A DNA stretch of 64,000 nt from Candidatus Omnitrophota bacterium (GTDB lineage: Bacteria > Omnitrophota > Gorgyraeia > Gygaellales > Profunditerraquicolaceae): contig JBAZKC010000003.1 of NCBI GenBank assembly GCA_041651035.1, positions 133,153 through 197,152 of the forward strand, in the 5' to 3' direction. The position numbers and the translations under genes were made by a program. Numbering within the stretch: the first letter of the stretch is position 1; each line of letters starts with the position of its first letter. Of the stretch, positions 48,601 to 59,079 are shown one piece after another. Under the pieces are notes generated by a model. That model did not search any database and was not told the DNA's origin. It saw nothing but the letters and a program-made list of their open reading frames with translations.

Positions 48601-49440
48601 ATGTTTAAATTTCTACGAAAAAAAATTGGAATTATAGGTTTTGGTAATATGGGTTCTGCTATAGCCGAAAGCATAAAATCCAAATATCAAGTTTTTGCTT
48701 TTGACAAAGATAAAGAAAAAACCAGAGAGCTTTCAGGCATTGAAGTTTCCTACAGCATTTTAGAGTTAATTAAAAACGTCGATGTAATTATTCTGGCAAT
48801 TAAGCCCCAGGATTTTGAGGACTTATTAAATGAAATTAAGCCGAATATAAGAGGTAAATTAATTATTTCTATTGCCGCTGGAATAAAGACGGTTTATATC
48901 GAAAAGGTTTTGAATCAGATCAGGGTAGTCAGGGTAATGCCTAATATCGCCGCGAAGATAGGCGATGCCGAGTCAGCTATAGCCAAGGGGTATAGCGCTG
49001 GCGATGCGGATTTGTATTTTACGCAGAAAGTCTTTAATTGCCTGGGCAAAACATGGATTATGAATGAGGATATGATTGATGCAGCCACAGCGATTTCCGG
49101 GAGCGGCCCGGCTTATATATTTTATGATATGGAAAAAAGAGGGATTAATCCTTTAAATACCCCTCAGGAAATTATAGATGATTATGCCAGCAGATTAATG
49201 GATGCAGCCCTGAAGGTAGGGTTTAGTTCTGCAGAAGCGCAGGGATTATCGTGGAGCACAACTAACTCAACTATTCATTTAGCAAAGGTATCAGGGATAC
49301 CTGTTGGGGAATTAAGGAGAAGGGTTACTTCTCCGGGCGGGACTACTGAAGCCGCATTGAATGTTTTGGACAACAATGGCTCTTGGGTAGATGCTGCTTT
49401 GGCAGCGCAGAAGCGTGCAAAAGAATTATCAAGGGGGTAA
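48601..49440 (+). CDS. proC: Pyrroline-5-carboxylate reductase
   Basis: N-terminal Rossmann GxGxMG (IGFGNMGSA); P5CR C-terminal dimerisation domain. Confidence 0.85.
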   Translation: MFKFLRKKIGIIGFGNMGSAIAESIKSKYQVFAFDKDKEKTRELSGIEVSYSILELIKNVDVIILAIKPQDFEDLLNEIKPNIRGKLIISIAAGIKTVYIEKVLNQIRVVRVMPNIAAKIGDAESAIAKGYSAGDADLYFTQKVFNCLGKTWIMNEDMIDAATAISGSGPAYIFYDMEKRGINPLNTPQEIIDDYASRLMDAALKVGFSSAEAQGLSWSTTNSTIHLAKVSGIPVGELRRRVTSPGGTTEAALNVLDNNGSWVDAALAAQKRAKELSRG

Positions 49441-49441
49441 T

Positions 49442-50299
49442 ATGGGGCGCATTGGAGTTATCGGCGGAAGCGGGTTATATAATATCGAAGGCATAAAGAA
49501 TATAAAGACGGTTTCCGTGGCCACTCCTTTTGGCAGGCCGTCAGGAAAATTTGTTTTGGGCATCTTAGAGGGTAAAGAGGTGGCTTTCCTCCCGCGCCAT
49601 GATGTAGGCCACCGTATAGCCCCCAGTCACATAAATTACCGTGCTAATATTTTTGCCATGAAGAAATTGGGCGTGGAACGCGTTATTTCCGTGACTGCCT
49701 GCGGGAGCCTTAAAGAGGAACTTAAGCCCCTGGATTTTGTCTGCGTAGACCAGTTTGTGGACAGGACTAATTATGCCCGGGATATGAGTTTTTTTACTAA
49801 AGGGATAGTCGCCCATATTGAGTTTGCGCGTCCGGTTTGCGAAGAATTGCGCGGCCTGATGTATAAGGCGGGGGAGGACCTTAATTTAAGGATACATAAC
49901 GGCGGCACTTATATAAATATGGAAGGCCCGGCGTTCTCCACGCTGGCTGAATCCAATCTTTACCGCAGCTGGGGTATGGATGTCATCGGCATGACTAATC
50001 TCGCCGAGGCTAAATTAGCCAGGGAGGCGGGTATATGTTACGCGACATTAGCGGCAGTTACGGATTATGACTGCTGGCGCGGGCGAGAGGAGAGCGTGAC
50101 TATAGATATGGTTATCCAGAATTTAAAAAAGAACGTGGAAAACTCCAAGCGTATACTTTTCGCTGTTATCAGGGACCTTAAGCCGCAAAGGGATTGCGCC
50201 TGTAAGGATGCCCTTAAATACGCTATCGTAACAGATAGAAAACTTATTTCCAGGAAGATCAGAAAAGACCTGGATATTATTATCGGAAAATATTTATAA
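49442..50299 (+). CDS. mtnP: S-methyl-5'-thioadenosine phosphorylase (PNP family 2). Start is the ATG at 49442 with AAGGGGG RBS; the ORF-track start at 49391 overlaps proC.
   Basis: MTAP family blocks (IGVIGGSGLY ... TxPEAxLAREAGxCYAxxAxVTDYD). Confidence 0.8.
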   Translation: MGRIGVIGGSGLYNIEGIKNIKTVSVATPFGRPSGKFVLGILEGKEVAFLPRHDVGHRIAPSHINYRANIFAMKKLGVERVISVTACGSLKEELKPLDFVCVDQFVDRTNYARDMSFFTKGIVAHIEFARPVCEELRGLMYKAGEDLNLRIHNGGTYINMEGPAFSTLAESNLYRSWGMDVIGMTNLAEAKLAREAGICYATLAAVTDYDCWRGREESVTIDMVIQNLKKNVENSKRILFAVIRDLKPQRDCACKDALKYAIVTDRKLISRKIRKDLDIIIGKYL

Positions 50300-50308
50300 A
50301 CACCACCT

Positions 50309-53104
50309 ATGGATTATAAATCCACGTTAAATTTACCCCAGACAAAATTCCCCATGAAGGCGGACCTGCCTAAAAGGGAACCCGCCTTTTTAAAGGAATG
50401 GCTGGATAAAGATATCTACCGGCTTATACGCGAAGAATCGGAAGGCAGGGAGAAGTATATACTTCATGACGGCCCGCCTTACGCAAACGGGGATATCCAT
50501 TTAGGCCACGCATTGAATAAAACCTTAAAAGATATCATCATAAAATATAAGACTATGCGGGGTTTTAGAGCTCCCTATGTCCCCGGCTGGGATTGCCATG
50601 GATTACCGGTAGAACACGCGCTTTTTAAAGAACTCAAAATGAATAAGTATCAGATCGACCAGGTTGAGTTCCGCAAAAAAGCCCATGATTACGCCACCAG
50701 ATATGTAAATATCCAGAAAGAGGAATTCAAGCGCCTGGGGGTTTTCGGGGACTGGGATAACCCGTATTTAACCTTAAGCCATGAATATGAAGAGGGAATT
50801 GTTAAATCGTTTCTGGAATTAACGCGCAAAGGTTATATTTACCGGGGATTAAAACCGGTTAACTGGTGCTTTAAGTGTGAAACTGCCCTGGCTGAGGCGG
50901 AAGTAGAATACGAGGACCATGTTTCCCCGTCGATATTTGTTAAATTTAAACTCGATGCCGCCAAAGATTTCCCGAAAGACAGCGGTTTGGTCATCTGGAC
51001 AACTACCCCTTGGACGCTGATCGCTAATGTCGCGGTAGCGGTCCATCCGGATTTTGTTTATTCATATTTAAAGACCGATAAAGGTAATTTGATCGTTGCT
51101 AATGTCAGGATACATGTCCTGCCTTCTTTAGGGATTGACAAATATGAAGTGATCAAAGAATTCAAGGGCAGCCAGCTGGAAGGTTTAGGTTATGAGCATC
51201 CATTTGGCCTGCGCAAAGGAAAAGTTGTCCTAGCAAATTATGTTTCATCTGAAGATGGAAGCGGGCTTGTACATACTGCTCCGGGCCATGGAGCCGACGA
51301 TTATTTGACGGGTTTAAAATATAAGTTGGAAATTGTTATGCCCGTTGATCCCAAGGGGAACTTTGACGAAAGTGCTAAGGAATTCAAAGGAATGAATGTC
51401 CTTGATGCCAATAAGGCGATACTGGATAAATTGCAATCGTTGGGGATGCTGTTATTAGCCGATAAGATAACGCACTCTTACCCGCATTGCTGGAGGTGCA
51501 AGAATCCGATCATATTCCGGGCGACCAACCAGTGGTTCCTGGGGATAGATCATGATGATCTACGCGAGAAAGTCCTCAAGGAGATTAAGGATAATATTAA
51601 TTTTATCCCTGAAGCCGGCAGGGAGAGAATATCCAGCATGGTCGAATCGCGGCCGGATTGGTGCCTTTCCCGTCAGAGATACTGGGGTGTTCCTATACCT
51701 TCATTGATCTGCGAGAAATGCGGTAATGAATTCCTGGATGCCGGGGTGATTGAAAAATACCGGGAGTTTACCGCAGGAGAAGGGACGGATTGTTGGTTCA
51801 TCCGCGATGTTAAAGATTTTCTTCCGCAGGGTTTAAAATGTTCCTGCGGCTCAAGCGAATTTATAAAAGGAGCGGATATACTTGATGTCTGGTTTGATTC
51901 CGGAGTAAGCTCCCAGGCGGTGCTTAAGAAGCGTAAAGAATTAGGAGGAGTTCCCTGTGAATTGTATCTGGAAGGTTCGGACCAGCATCGGGGATGGTTC
52001 CAGTCTTCGTTGATATCCGCGATGTGTATTGACGGAAAAACTCCTTTTAAAAGCGTTCTCACGCATGGTTTTGTGGTGGACGGCTTGGGTAAAAAGATGT
52101 CTAAATCCCAGGGCAATGTTATTTCCCCGGCGGATATTATCAAAGATTATGGCGCGGATATCTTGCGGCTTTGGGTCGCCTCCAGCGATTATAATGAAGA
52201 TATCCGCATTTCCAAAGAGATACTGACTAGGCTTGCGGAGGCATACCGTAAGATCAGGAATACGGCAAAGTTTATGTTAAGCAACTTAAGCTATTTTAAT
52301 CCCCAAACAGATAAAGTAAATTACGCCGGATTAAGAAAAATAGATAAATGGGTTTTATGGAAGTCCGCCTGCTTATTGGATTTTACGGATAGCGCGTATA
52401 AAAATTTTGAACTCTATAAAGCCTATAAACTGATCTATGATTTTTGCAACGAAGACCTCTCCATGTACTATTTGGATATGGTAAAAGGGAGACTTTATAC
52501 TTATGCCGCCTCTTCAGAGGACAGGCGCGCGGCGCAGACCGCTATTTATGAAGTATTGAATATTTTAGTCAGGATTTCCGCGCCCATATTTGTATTTACG
52601 TCGGAAGAAATATGGCAGCATATGCCTAAGGATAAAGAAGGCGAAAGTGCCCCCAGCGTGCATCTTTTATCCTGGCCGCGGAAAGATCCTGCTTATGGCA
52701 GGATTGAGGAATTAGAGGCGGCCATTGACTTAATACCCGAAGTAGCCAAGGCGTTAGAAGAGAAGCGCGGCCAGGGCATAATCGGCAGTTCCTTTGACGC
52801 GCAAATAAAACTGTTGACAAATAACGATATTCGGTATAAACATTTAGGAAGCTTAGAAGGCGATTTTTGCGAAATCTTTAAGGTTTCGCAAGCCAAGGTT
52901 GAGAAGCAAGAGAAGATCGACCCCGGGATCGCAAACAGCAAGTACCCGGATATTGCGATCGTAGTTACCAAAGCGGAAGGGGCGAAATGCCCCCGTTGTT
53001 GGAATTACAGCAATACAGTAGGCGAATCCAAGGAACATCCCTTGATCTGCGGAAACTGTATAAAAGCTGTAAGCGGAAACTCAACCGGCACTACACCAGG
53101 TTAA
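50309..53104 (+). CDS. ileS: Isoleucine--tRNA ligase
   Basis: HIGH (HLGHAL) and KMSKS motifs, editing domain, C-terminal CxxC zinc finger. Confidence 0.95.
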   Translation: MDYKSTLNLPQTKFPMKADLPKREPAFLKEWLDKDIYRLIREESEGREKYILHDGPPYANGDIHLGHALNKTLKDIIIKYKTMRGFRAPYVPGWDCHGLPVEHALFKELKMNKYQIDQVEFRKKAHDYATRYVNIQKEEFKRLGVFGDWDNPYLTLSHEYEEGIVKSFLELTRKGYIYRGLKPVNWCFKCETALAEAEVEYEDHVSPSIFVKFKLDAAKDFPKDSGLVIWTTTPWTLIANVAVAVHPDFVYSYLKTDKGNLIVANVRIHVLPSLGIDKYEVIKEFKGSQLEGLGYEHPFGLRKGKVVLANYVSSEDGSGLVHTAPGHGADDYLTGLKYKLEIVMPVDPKGNFDESAKEFKGMNVLDANKAILDKLQSLGMLLLADKITHSYPHCWRCKNPIIFRATNQWFLGIDHDDLREKVLKEIKDNINFIPEAGRERISSMVESRPDWCLSRQRYWGVPIPSLICEKCGNEFLDAGVIEKYREFTAGEGTDCWFIRDVKDFLPQGLKCSCGSSEFIKGADILDVWFDSGVSSQAVLKKRKELGGVPCELYLEGSDQHRGWFQSSLISAMCIDGKTPFKSVLTHGFVVDGLGKKMSKSQGNVISPADIIKDYGADILRLWVASSDYNEDIRISKEILTRLAEAYRKIRNTAKFMLSNLSYFNPQTDKVNYAGLRKIDKWVLWKSACLLDFTDSAYKNFELYKAYKLIYDFCNEDLSMYYLDMVKGRLYTYAASSEDRRAAQTAIYEVLNILVRISAPIFVFTSEEIWQHMPKDKEGESAPSVHLLSWPRKDPAYGRIEELEAAIDLIPEVAKALEEKRGQGIIGSSFDAQIKLLTNNDIRYKHLGSLEGDFCEIFKVSQAKVEKQEKIDPGIANSKYPDIAIVVTKAEGAKCPRCWNYSNTVGESKEHPLICGNCIKAVSGNSTGTTPG

Positions 53105-53142
53105 GCTCAGGATGGTCCTGGGCGATTGAAAGGAACCAAATA

Positions 53143-53526
53143 ATGAAAAAGAAATTTAATAAGAAAGATTTGGCTGAATTCAAGAAAATAATCTTAAAGA
53201 GAAAAGAAGAAATGCTCGAAGGCATTAAGCATATATCCGAGGATACGTTAAAGAAGTCCCAGAAAGAGGCCTCTGGAGATATCTCCGGGTATACTTATCA
53301 TATGGCCGATGTTGCCACAGACAGCTACGACAGGGAATTTTCTTTAGGGTTAGCTTCTAATGAAAGGCAGATGTTATACGAGATAGACGATTCCTTGAAG
53401 AAAATAGAAGACGGTGTATTCGGTATATGCGAGGGATGTAAATCTCTCATCGCGCGGACCAGGCTAAAGGCGGTACCTTACGCCCGCCTTTGTGTTAAAT
53501 GCCAGGAAAAGAAAGAAAAGAGGTAG
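53143..53526 (+). CDS. DksA/TraR-family C4-type zinc-finger protein. The ORF-track start at 52987 overlaps ileS; the ATG at 53143 is more likely.
   Basis: Coiled-coil N-terminus plus CxxC(17 aa)CxxC (CEGC...CVKC); typical ileS-dksA-like-lspA arrangement. Confidence 0.7.
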   Translation: MKKKFNKKDLAEFKKIILKRKEEMLEGIKHISEDTLKKSQKEASGDISGYTYHMADVATDSYDREFSLGLASNERQMLYEIDDSLKKIEDGVFGICEGCKSLIARTRLKAVPYARLCVKCQEKKEKR

Positions 53527-53541
53527 GTTCAAACCTTACCG

Positions 53542-53994
53542 ATGGTCTTTATCATCGTATCAATTGTCCTTTCTTTAGATCAATTAACTAAATTCCTGGT
53601 TACCAGGAGCCTGGAATACAATAAATCCATACCGGTAATAAAAGGGGTATTCCATCTTACGCTCATACATAACCAGGGTGCCGCCTTCGGTATCCTGAAG
53701 AACCAGGTCCCTTTATTCATATTCACCTCCGTATTCGCCATAATCCTGATTTTTTTCAATCTTAAAAACAATAATTCCGCCCGCCGGAGATCTTATAGTA
53801 TTTCTTTAGGCCTGATATTAGCTGGAGCCCTGGGAAATCTTATAGACCGGTTATTTTTAGGATACGTTATTGATTTCCTGGACTTTCGCGTCTGGCCGGT
53901 CTTTAATGTGGCTGACAGCGCGATCACTGCCGGGGCCATACTGTTGGGTTGGTCGATATTAAAATCAAAGGATCAGAGCCCCGCTAAATCGTAA
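53542..53994 (+). CDS. lspA: Lipoprotein signal peptidase (signal peptidase II)
   Basis: LspA conserved blocks NxGAAFG and FNVADSAI. Confidence 0.85.
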   Translation: MVFIIVSIVLSLDQLTKFLVTRSLEYNKSIPVIKGVFHLTLIHNQGAAFGILKNQVPLFIFTSVFAIILIFFNLKNNNSARRRSYSISLGLILAGALGNLIDRLFLGYVIDFLDFRVWPVFNVADSAITAGAILLGWSILKSKDQSPAKS

Positions 53995-54002
53995 TTGATA
54001 AA

Positions 54003-54734
54003 ATGCACCCTGAAATCTGCCAAATAGGACCATTCACCATTTATTCATACGGCCTCATGCTTGTCGCGGCTTTCGCGGTAAGCTGTGCGTTAGCTGTTTC
54101 GGCCGCGAAGAAAAATAATGTCAATCCGGATGCGATCTTTAATCTTTTATTCGTGGCCTTTGTCGCGGGAGTTATCGGGGCGAGATCTTTTTATGTAATT
54201 GAGAATTTAGGCTATTATGCAAGAAATCCCTTAGAGATCATAATGCTTCAGCGCGGCGGGCTTTCCTGGTTTGGCGGGTTGATATTGGCAACATTTGCAG
54301 GCTGGCTATATTTAAGGAATAAGAACCTGCCGGCATATAAAATACTGGACCTTATTGCCCCGTTTATCGCCTTGGCCCAGGCCATAGGCAGGATCGGTTG
54401 TTTACTTAACGGTTGCTGTTTCGGAAAAGAATCAAGTTTCGGCTTATATTTTCCCATATATAAAACAGTCCTCATACCTACTCAGCTGTATTCTTCTTTA
54501 CTGCTGGTTTTTATTTTTGTCATTTTAAGGCTCATGCAGGGCAGGCCCCACAAAGAAGGCCAGATATTCTTTGCCTACCTTTTATTATATTCAGTGAAAA
54601 GATTCTTTATTGAATTCTGGCGCGCCGATAATGAGATCATTTTCGCTGGGCTTACTTTATTCCAGGTCATAAGTGTCGTAATATTTTTCTTCTCGGCCCT
54701 GAAACTGTCCGCTATTATAAGATCCAAAAGGTAA
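54003..54734 (+). CDS. lgt: Prolipoprotein diacylglyceryl transferase
   Basis: Lgt family polytopic protein; the conserved order lspA-lgt supports the call. Confidence 0.85.
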   Translation: MHPEICQIGPFTIYSYGLMLVAAFAVSCALAVSAAKKNNVNPDAIFNLLFVAFVAGVIGARSFYVIENLGYYARNPLEIIMLQRGGLSWFGGLILATFAGWLYLRNKNLPAYKILDLIAPFIALAQAIGRIGCLLNGCCFGKESSFGLYFPIYKTVLIPTQLYSSLLLVFIFVILRLMQGRPHKEGQIFFAYLLLYSVKRFFIEFWRADNEIIFAGLTLFQVISVVIFFFSALKLSAIIRSKR

Positions 54735-54735
54735 T

Positions 54736-55650
54736 ATGAAAGAATATACGTTAAAGGTATCTCCGGAGCAAGCCGGGATGCGTTTAGATCTGTTCCTGGC
54801 GCAGTTTTCAGGCAGCAATAACCTGGGCCTGTCCCGCAGTTTTATACAAAAATTGATCCAGGAAGGCAAGATAACACGGAAAGATTCCGGCCAGCTTAAA
54901 TCGCATTATAAAGTAAAAGCTAATGACGCGCTGGTAATTTTAATAGAAGAAAAGAAGGTAGAAGAGCTAAAGGCGGAAGACATACCTTTTGATATTGTTT
55001 ATGAAGACCAGGACCTGATCGTGCTGAATAAGCCGGCGGGGTTAGTTGTCCATCCGGCCCCGGGCAACTATGAGCATACGCTGGTAAACGCGCTATTGCA
55101 CCATGGTAAAGGCCTGTCGGATATTAATCCGCAGAGGCCCGGCATTGTGCACAGGCTTGACAAAGCAACATCGGGGCTATTGGTTATTGCTAAGAATAAC
55201 TTTGCGCATCTGGATCTGGCTAAACAGTTCGCCAAGCACAGCATCAAGCGTAAATACATAGCCGTGGTCAAAGGCAGGATGGAATTCGACGAGAATGTGA
55301 TCGAGATGCCTATCGGCAGGCATCCGGTGAAAAGAAAGAGTATGTCCGTGGGCTTTGGCGAGAAAACAAAATACGCCAGGACTTATTACCGCACTTTGAA
55401 ACGCGCGGACGCGTTCAGCGTGCTGGAACTGGAACCTTTCACGGGAAGGACCCATCAGTTAAGGGTGCATCTTGCGTTCCTGGGCCATCCTGTTTTAGGA
55501 GATACTAAATACGGCGAGAATAATGAATTTAAACGGCTTTGCCTGCACGCCAAATCGCTTGGTTTTATCCATCCCCGTTCAGGAAGTTTCCTGGAATTCT
55601 CCAGCAAAACCCCCGCGGAATTCGCGGAGTTTATTAAAAATATGCCTTGA
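54736..55650 (+). CDS. rluD: 23S rRNA pseudouridine synthase, RluA family (RluD-like) with N-terminal S4 domain
   Basis: Catalytic HRLDxxTSG motif (HRLDKATSGL). Confidence 0.85.
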   Translation: MKEYTLKVSPEQAGMRLDLFLAQFSGSNNLGLSRSFIQKLIQEGKITRKDSGQLKSHYKVKANDALVILIEEKKVEELKAEDIPFDIVYEDQDLIVLNKPAGLVVHPAPGNYEHTLVNALLHHGKGLSDINPQRPGIVHRLDKATSGLLVIAKNNFAHLDLAKQFAKHSIKRKYIAVVKGRMEFDENVIEMPIGRHPVKRKSMSVGFGEKTKYARTYYRTLKRADAFSVLELEPFTGRTHQLRVHLAFLGHPVLGDTKYGENNEFKRLCLHAKSLGFIHPRSGSFLEFSSKTPAEFAEFIKNMP

Positions 55651-55720
55651 TTTTTATGGAACTTAAGGTTATATTAAAAGGAATAATAATGGTCAGTAGC
55701 GGGTTTGAAAAGGAGGGGAA

Positions 55721-56524
55721 ATGAGCCGGAGCGCCACCACACCACTAATAATCGTATTAATTATCTTGGCATTAACTTTTTTATCCTTGGCAGGCGGAGG
55801 ATTCTATCTTTTTCAGAAAGAACGGGTAAAGACTCTTGATCTGGAACAGAAACTAGAGGAATTGAACGTAAAACAAAAGGCCACCGAGGCAAAGCTTAAG
55901 GAATCAGAGAGGCTGCTTGCTGATTTTCAAACCAGGCTGCAGGCAACAAAAGCACAGCTGGATATGTTAAGCCGTGAGCTGCAGCAGGAGAAAGCGGGAA
56001 GGCTTGAGGCATTGACTAAAGTGGAACAATTAAAAGAGGATTTGGCGCAGCAAAAGAGGTTAAGATCGGATCTGGAGAATAAGATTATTGACGCGCAGAG
56101 TGATTTAAATAAAACGCAGGACCAGTTGAAGTCGCTTACGTCCCAAAAAGACGAATTAGAAACTAAGATAAAAGATCTGGAGGCCAAATCCAAAGAAGTT
56201 GAATTGGGTAATATTGTGGTAAGCCCGGAATCCAAGGCAGCCCAGCAGCCCGCTTCAGATAAGAAGGCGTTAAACGCAAAATCCGGCGGCCTGGAAGGAA
56301 AGACCCTGGTGGTGAATAAAGATTACAATTTCATGGTAATCAATTTAGGCAGCAAAGACGGCGTTAGTTTAGACGATATGTTCTCAGTTTATCATAACAA
56401 TAAATATGTAGGCGATGCCAAAGTAGAGAGAGTGCATGATTCCATGTCCGCCGCAGGTTTCCTGTTCACGGATATGAAAGATAAGGTGAATGAAGGCGAT
56501 AAGGTTGTGCAAAAGGTTAAATGA
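55721..56524 (+). CDS. Hypothetical membrane-anchored coiled-coil protein with a small C-terminal beta-rich domain
   Basis: N-terminal TM helix, about 150 aa of heptad-rich Q/K/E/L sequence, C-terminal 80-aa domain; strong AAAGGAGGGG RBS. Confidence 0.4.
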   Translation: MSRSATTPLIIVLIILALTFLSLAGGGFYLFQKERVKTLDLEQKLEELNVKQKATEAKLKESERLLADFQTRLQATKAQLDMLSRELQQEKAGRLEALTKVEQLKEDLAQQKRLRSDLENKIIDAQSDLNKTQDQLKSLTSQKDELETKIKDLEAKSKEVELGNIVVSPESKAAQQPASDKKALNAKSGGLEGKTLVVNKDYNFMVINLGSKDGVSLDDMFSVYHNNKYVGDAKVERVHDSMSAAGFLFTDMKDKVNEGDKVVQKVK

Positions 56525-57873
56525 TCCCTTTTGTTGTCAAGCCAGTTTCAGGCCTTAAGGGGGACCTTTCCCTCTCAGGCGATAAATCAATAGCCCACCG
56601 CTCTGTAATTGCCAGTGTTTTAAGCCGCGGATCAACCAGAATAGAGAATTTTCCTTCCAATAAGGACTGCCTTTCCACTATAGAAGCATTTAAGAAATTA
56701 GGAGTAAAGATAACGAAATCTTCTTCTACGGTCACCGTAAAAGGCGTGGGGCTCTTTGGTTTGATAAAGCCTAAGGGGACTATTCCAGTAGGTGAGTCCG
56801 GTACTACCTTAAGGCTCCTCTTGGGTGTTTTAGCGGGCCAGAATTTCAGGGTTACGCTTACCGCGGGGCCGTCTCTTTCCCGGAGGCCTATGTTACGGGT
56901 AGCAGAACCGTTGAGGATGATGGGAGTGGAAATAACCGGCCGGCGGGTTGTGGAATACGGGCGCCAGGACGAATACCCTCCGATCATTATCAGGGGAGGC
57001 AATGTAAAACCTATAACCTACAAGATGCCGGTTGCCTCCGCCCAGGTAAAATCAGCGGTTATTTTAGCCGCTCTTGCCGCGAAAGGCAAGAGCTGTATTA
57101 TAGAAAATATCCGCACGCGCGACCACACCGAGCGCGTGTTGAAATTATTCAAAGCCAATATAAAGGTTTGCCGGAATACCGTAACCATAAAGGGTAGTTC
57201 CAGGCTGATTTCCCCAGGGGTGATCACGATACCGGGGGATATCTCTTCGGCGGCATTTTTTATGGTCTTGGCAGCAATAACGCCGGATACGCGCATCAGG
57301 ATCAAGGGAGTTTCTTTAAATCCGCTGCGCGCGGGAGTGATCAAAGTTTTAAAAAGGATGGGCGCGGATATTAAAGTTGCTAATTGCCGGCAATATTCCG
57401 CCAGTTACGAACCGGCGGGGGATGTTTTGGTAAAAAGCAGTTTGTTAAAAGGCACGGTCGTTAAGAAAGAAGAGATCCCTTCCTTAATAGATGAACTGCC
57501 TGTTTTAATGGTTGCTGCTTCGCTGGCTAAGGGAAGGACCGTATTTGAAGGAGTAGGGGAGTTAAGGGTAAAAGAGACTGACCGTATCAAGTCTATGTAT
57601 GAGAACCTGAAGAAAATGGGCGCGGACATAAGGGTCCTTAGTGGGAACGCTAAAGAGGCGGATAAAGTTATTATCCAGGGCGTAAAACAGCTTAAGGCTG
57701 CCAGAGTAAAAAGTTTCGGAGACCACCGCACTGCCATGAGCATGGTCGTCGCGGGCTTTACGGCAACAGGCAATACCCGCATAGATGATATTTCTTGCAT
57801 TAATAAATCCTTTCCTGGTTTCCTCAGCCTTTTAGATGGCCTGATGTATAAATCTAGGGGACGGTTCTGTTAG
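56521..57873 (+). CDS. aroA: 3-phosphoshikimate 1-carboxyvinyltransferase (EPSP synthase)
   Basis: LxGDKSIxHR N-terminal motif; EPSP synthase family length and blocks. Confidence 0.9.
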   Translation: MIPFVVKPVSGLKGDLSLSGDKSIAHRSVIASVLSRGSTRIENFPSNKDCLSTIEAFKKLGVKITKSSSTVTVKGVGLFGLIKPKGTIPVGESGTTLRLLLGVLAGQNFRVTLTAGPSLSRRPMLRVAEPLRMMGVEITGRRVVEYGRQDEYPPIIIRGGNVKPITYKMPVASAQVKSAVILAALAAKGKSCIIENIRTRDHTERVLKLFKANIKVCRNTVTIKGSSRLISPGVITIPGDISSAAFFMVLAAITPDTRIRIKGVSLNPLRAGVIKVLKRMGADIKVANCRQYSASYEPAGDVLVKSSLLKGTVVKKEEIPSLIDELPVLMVAASLAKGRTVFEGVGELRVKETDRIKSMYENLKKMGADIRVLSGNAKEADKVIIQGVKQLKAARVKSFGDHRTAMSMVVAGFTATGNTRIDDISCINKSFPGFLSLLDGLMYKSRGRFC

Positions 57874-57898
57874 GGTAGAACCGCCCCCGTGTTTTTAT
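57856..57898 (+). terminator. Intrinsic terminator after aroA (GGGGACGGTTCT-loop-AGAACCGCCCCC followed by GTGTTTTTATT)
   Basis: 11-12-bp GC-rich stem, 8-nt loop, T-run; the stem's 5' arm overlaps the aroA stop. Confidence 0.55.
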
Positions 57899-57913
57899 TC
57901 CCTAACTTTTTAT

Positions 57914-57942
57914 TTGACACAGGGTTTAATCTCTGATAGAAT
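57914..57942 (+). promoter_or_regulatory. Sigma70 promoter for mreBCD-mrdA-rodA: TTGACA, 17 nt spacer, TAGAAT
   Basis: Consensus hexamers; followed by a 66-nt leader containing a perfect 20-bp palindrome (57977-57996). Confidence 0.55.
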
Positions 57943-58014
57943 CTGTTGCAATACTTCTTTAAGAGCCTGCCTTACGCCTGCCTGCCGGCAGGCAGGGCAT
58001 ACAGGGAGAATGGG

Positions 58015-59076
58015 ATGGGAAAGGTTATAGAAATATTTAAGAAGATCATAGATTATATCTTAGGCTTATTATCTAATGATATGGGTATTGATTTAGGTAC
58101 GGCTACGACCCTGGTTTACGTGAAAGGCGAAGGGGTTGTGTTGTGCGAGCCTTCGGTTGTCGCTATCAAAAAGAGCACAAACCGGGTTGAGGCAGTAGGG
58201 GAAGAGGCAAAACGCATGCTTGGCCGCACGCCCGGCAATATTATGGCCATAAGGCCGATGAGAGACGGCGTGATCACTGATTTTGAGATAACCGAAGCGA
58301 TGTTAAGGCATTTTATAAGAAAAGTCCGCCATCGCCGTTTTCAGGTAAGGCCCAGGATAGTCATAGCCATTCCTTCAGGGATCACTGAAGTTGAAAAACG
58401 CGCTGTTAAGGAATCCGCGGAACGGGCGGGGGCAAGGATTGTTTATTTAATTGACGAACCAGTTGCCGCGGCTATCGGTGTGGGATTACCCATACAAGAA
58501 CCCATAGGCAACATGATAATAGATATCGGAGGAGGCACAACTGAAATCGCGGTGATCTCTTTAGCCGGCATTGTTTTTTCTAAATCCATACGTATCGGCG
58601 GCGATGAAATGGATGAGGCGATCATCGAATATTTAAAGAAGACATACAACCTGATGGTCGGTGAACGCAGCGCCGAAGATATAAAAATAAAGATCGGTTC
58701 CGCTTATCCTTTAGAAGAAGAAATGACGCAGGAAGTAAAGGGCAGGGATCTGGTTTCCGGCCTGCCTAAGGCGGTAACCATAACTTCAGAAGAAATAAGA
58801 GAATCGCTGCAGGAACCTTTGCGCGCGATATTGGAGATGACCAAGATATCCTTAGAGAGGACCCCTCCGGAGTTAGCCGCGGATTTAATAGAGCTGGGTA
58901 TTGTAATGGCCGGCGGAGGTTCATTGTTAAGGGGTTTAGATAAGCTGATCTCCGAAGAGACAGGGTTGCCGGTCCATATCGCGGAAGACCCGTTAACTGC
59001 CGTAGTCATGGGCACGGGCAAGGTTTTGAGCAACCTGCGCCTGTTGCAGGATGTCAGCGTTCCCATAAAGTTTTAA
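58015..59076 (+). CDS. mreB: Rod-shape-determining protein MreB. Start is the ATG at 58015 with GGGAGA RBS; the ORF-track start at 57946 lies within the promoter/leader.
   Basis: Actin-like phosphate-1 motif ([13 protein letters not shown]); MreB family throughout. Confidence 0.9.
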   Translation: MGKVIEIFKKIIDYILGLLSNDMGIDLGTATTLVYVKGEGVVLCEPSVVAIKKSTNRVEAVGEEAKRMLGRTPGNIMAIRPMRDGVITDFEITEAMLRHFIRKVRHRRFQVRPRIVIAIPSGITEVEKRAVKESAERAGARIVYLIDEPVAAAIGVGLPIQEPIGNMIIDIGGGTTEIAVISLAGIVFSKSIRIGGDEMDEAIIEYLKKTYNLMVGERSAEDIKIKIGSAYPLEEEMTQEVKGRDLVSGLPKAVTITSEEIRESLQEPLRAILEMTKISLERTPPELAADLIELGIVMAGGGSLLRGLDKLISEETGLPVHIAEDPLTAVVMGTGKVLSNLRLLQDVSVPIKF

Positions 59077-59079
59077 GAT

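Noticed and set aside
52987-53142. Long N-terminal extension of the DksA-like ORF overlapping the ileS 3' end
   Set aside because: The extension overlaps the ileS zinc-finger coding region in another frame. A plausible RBS/ATG exists at 53143, giving a normal-size (127 aa) DksA/TraR protein.
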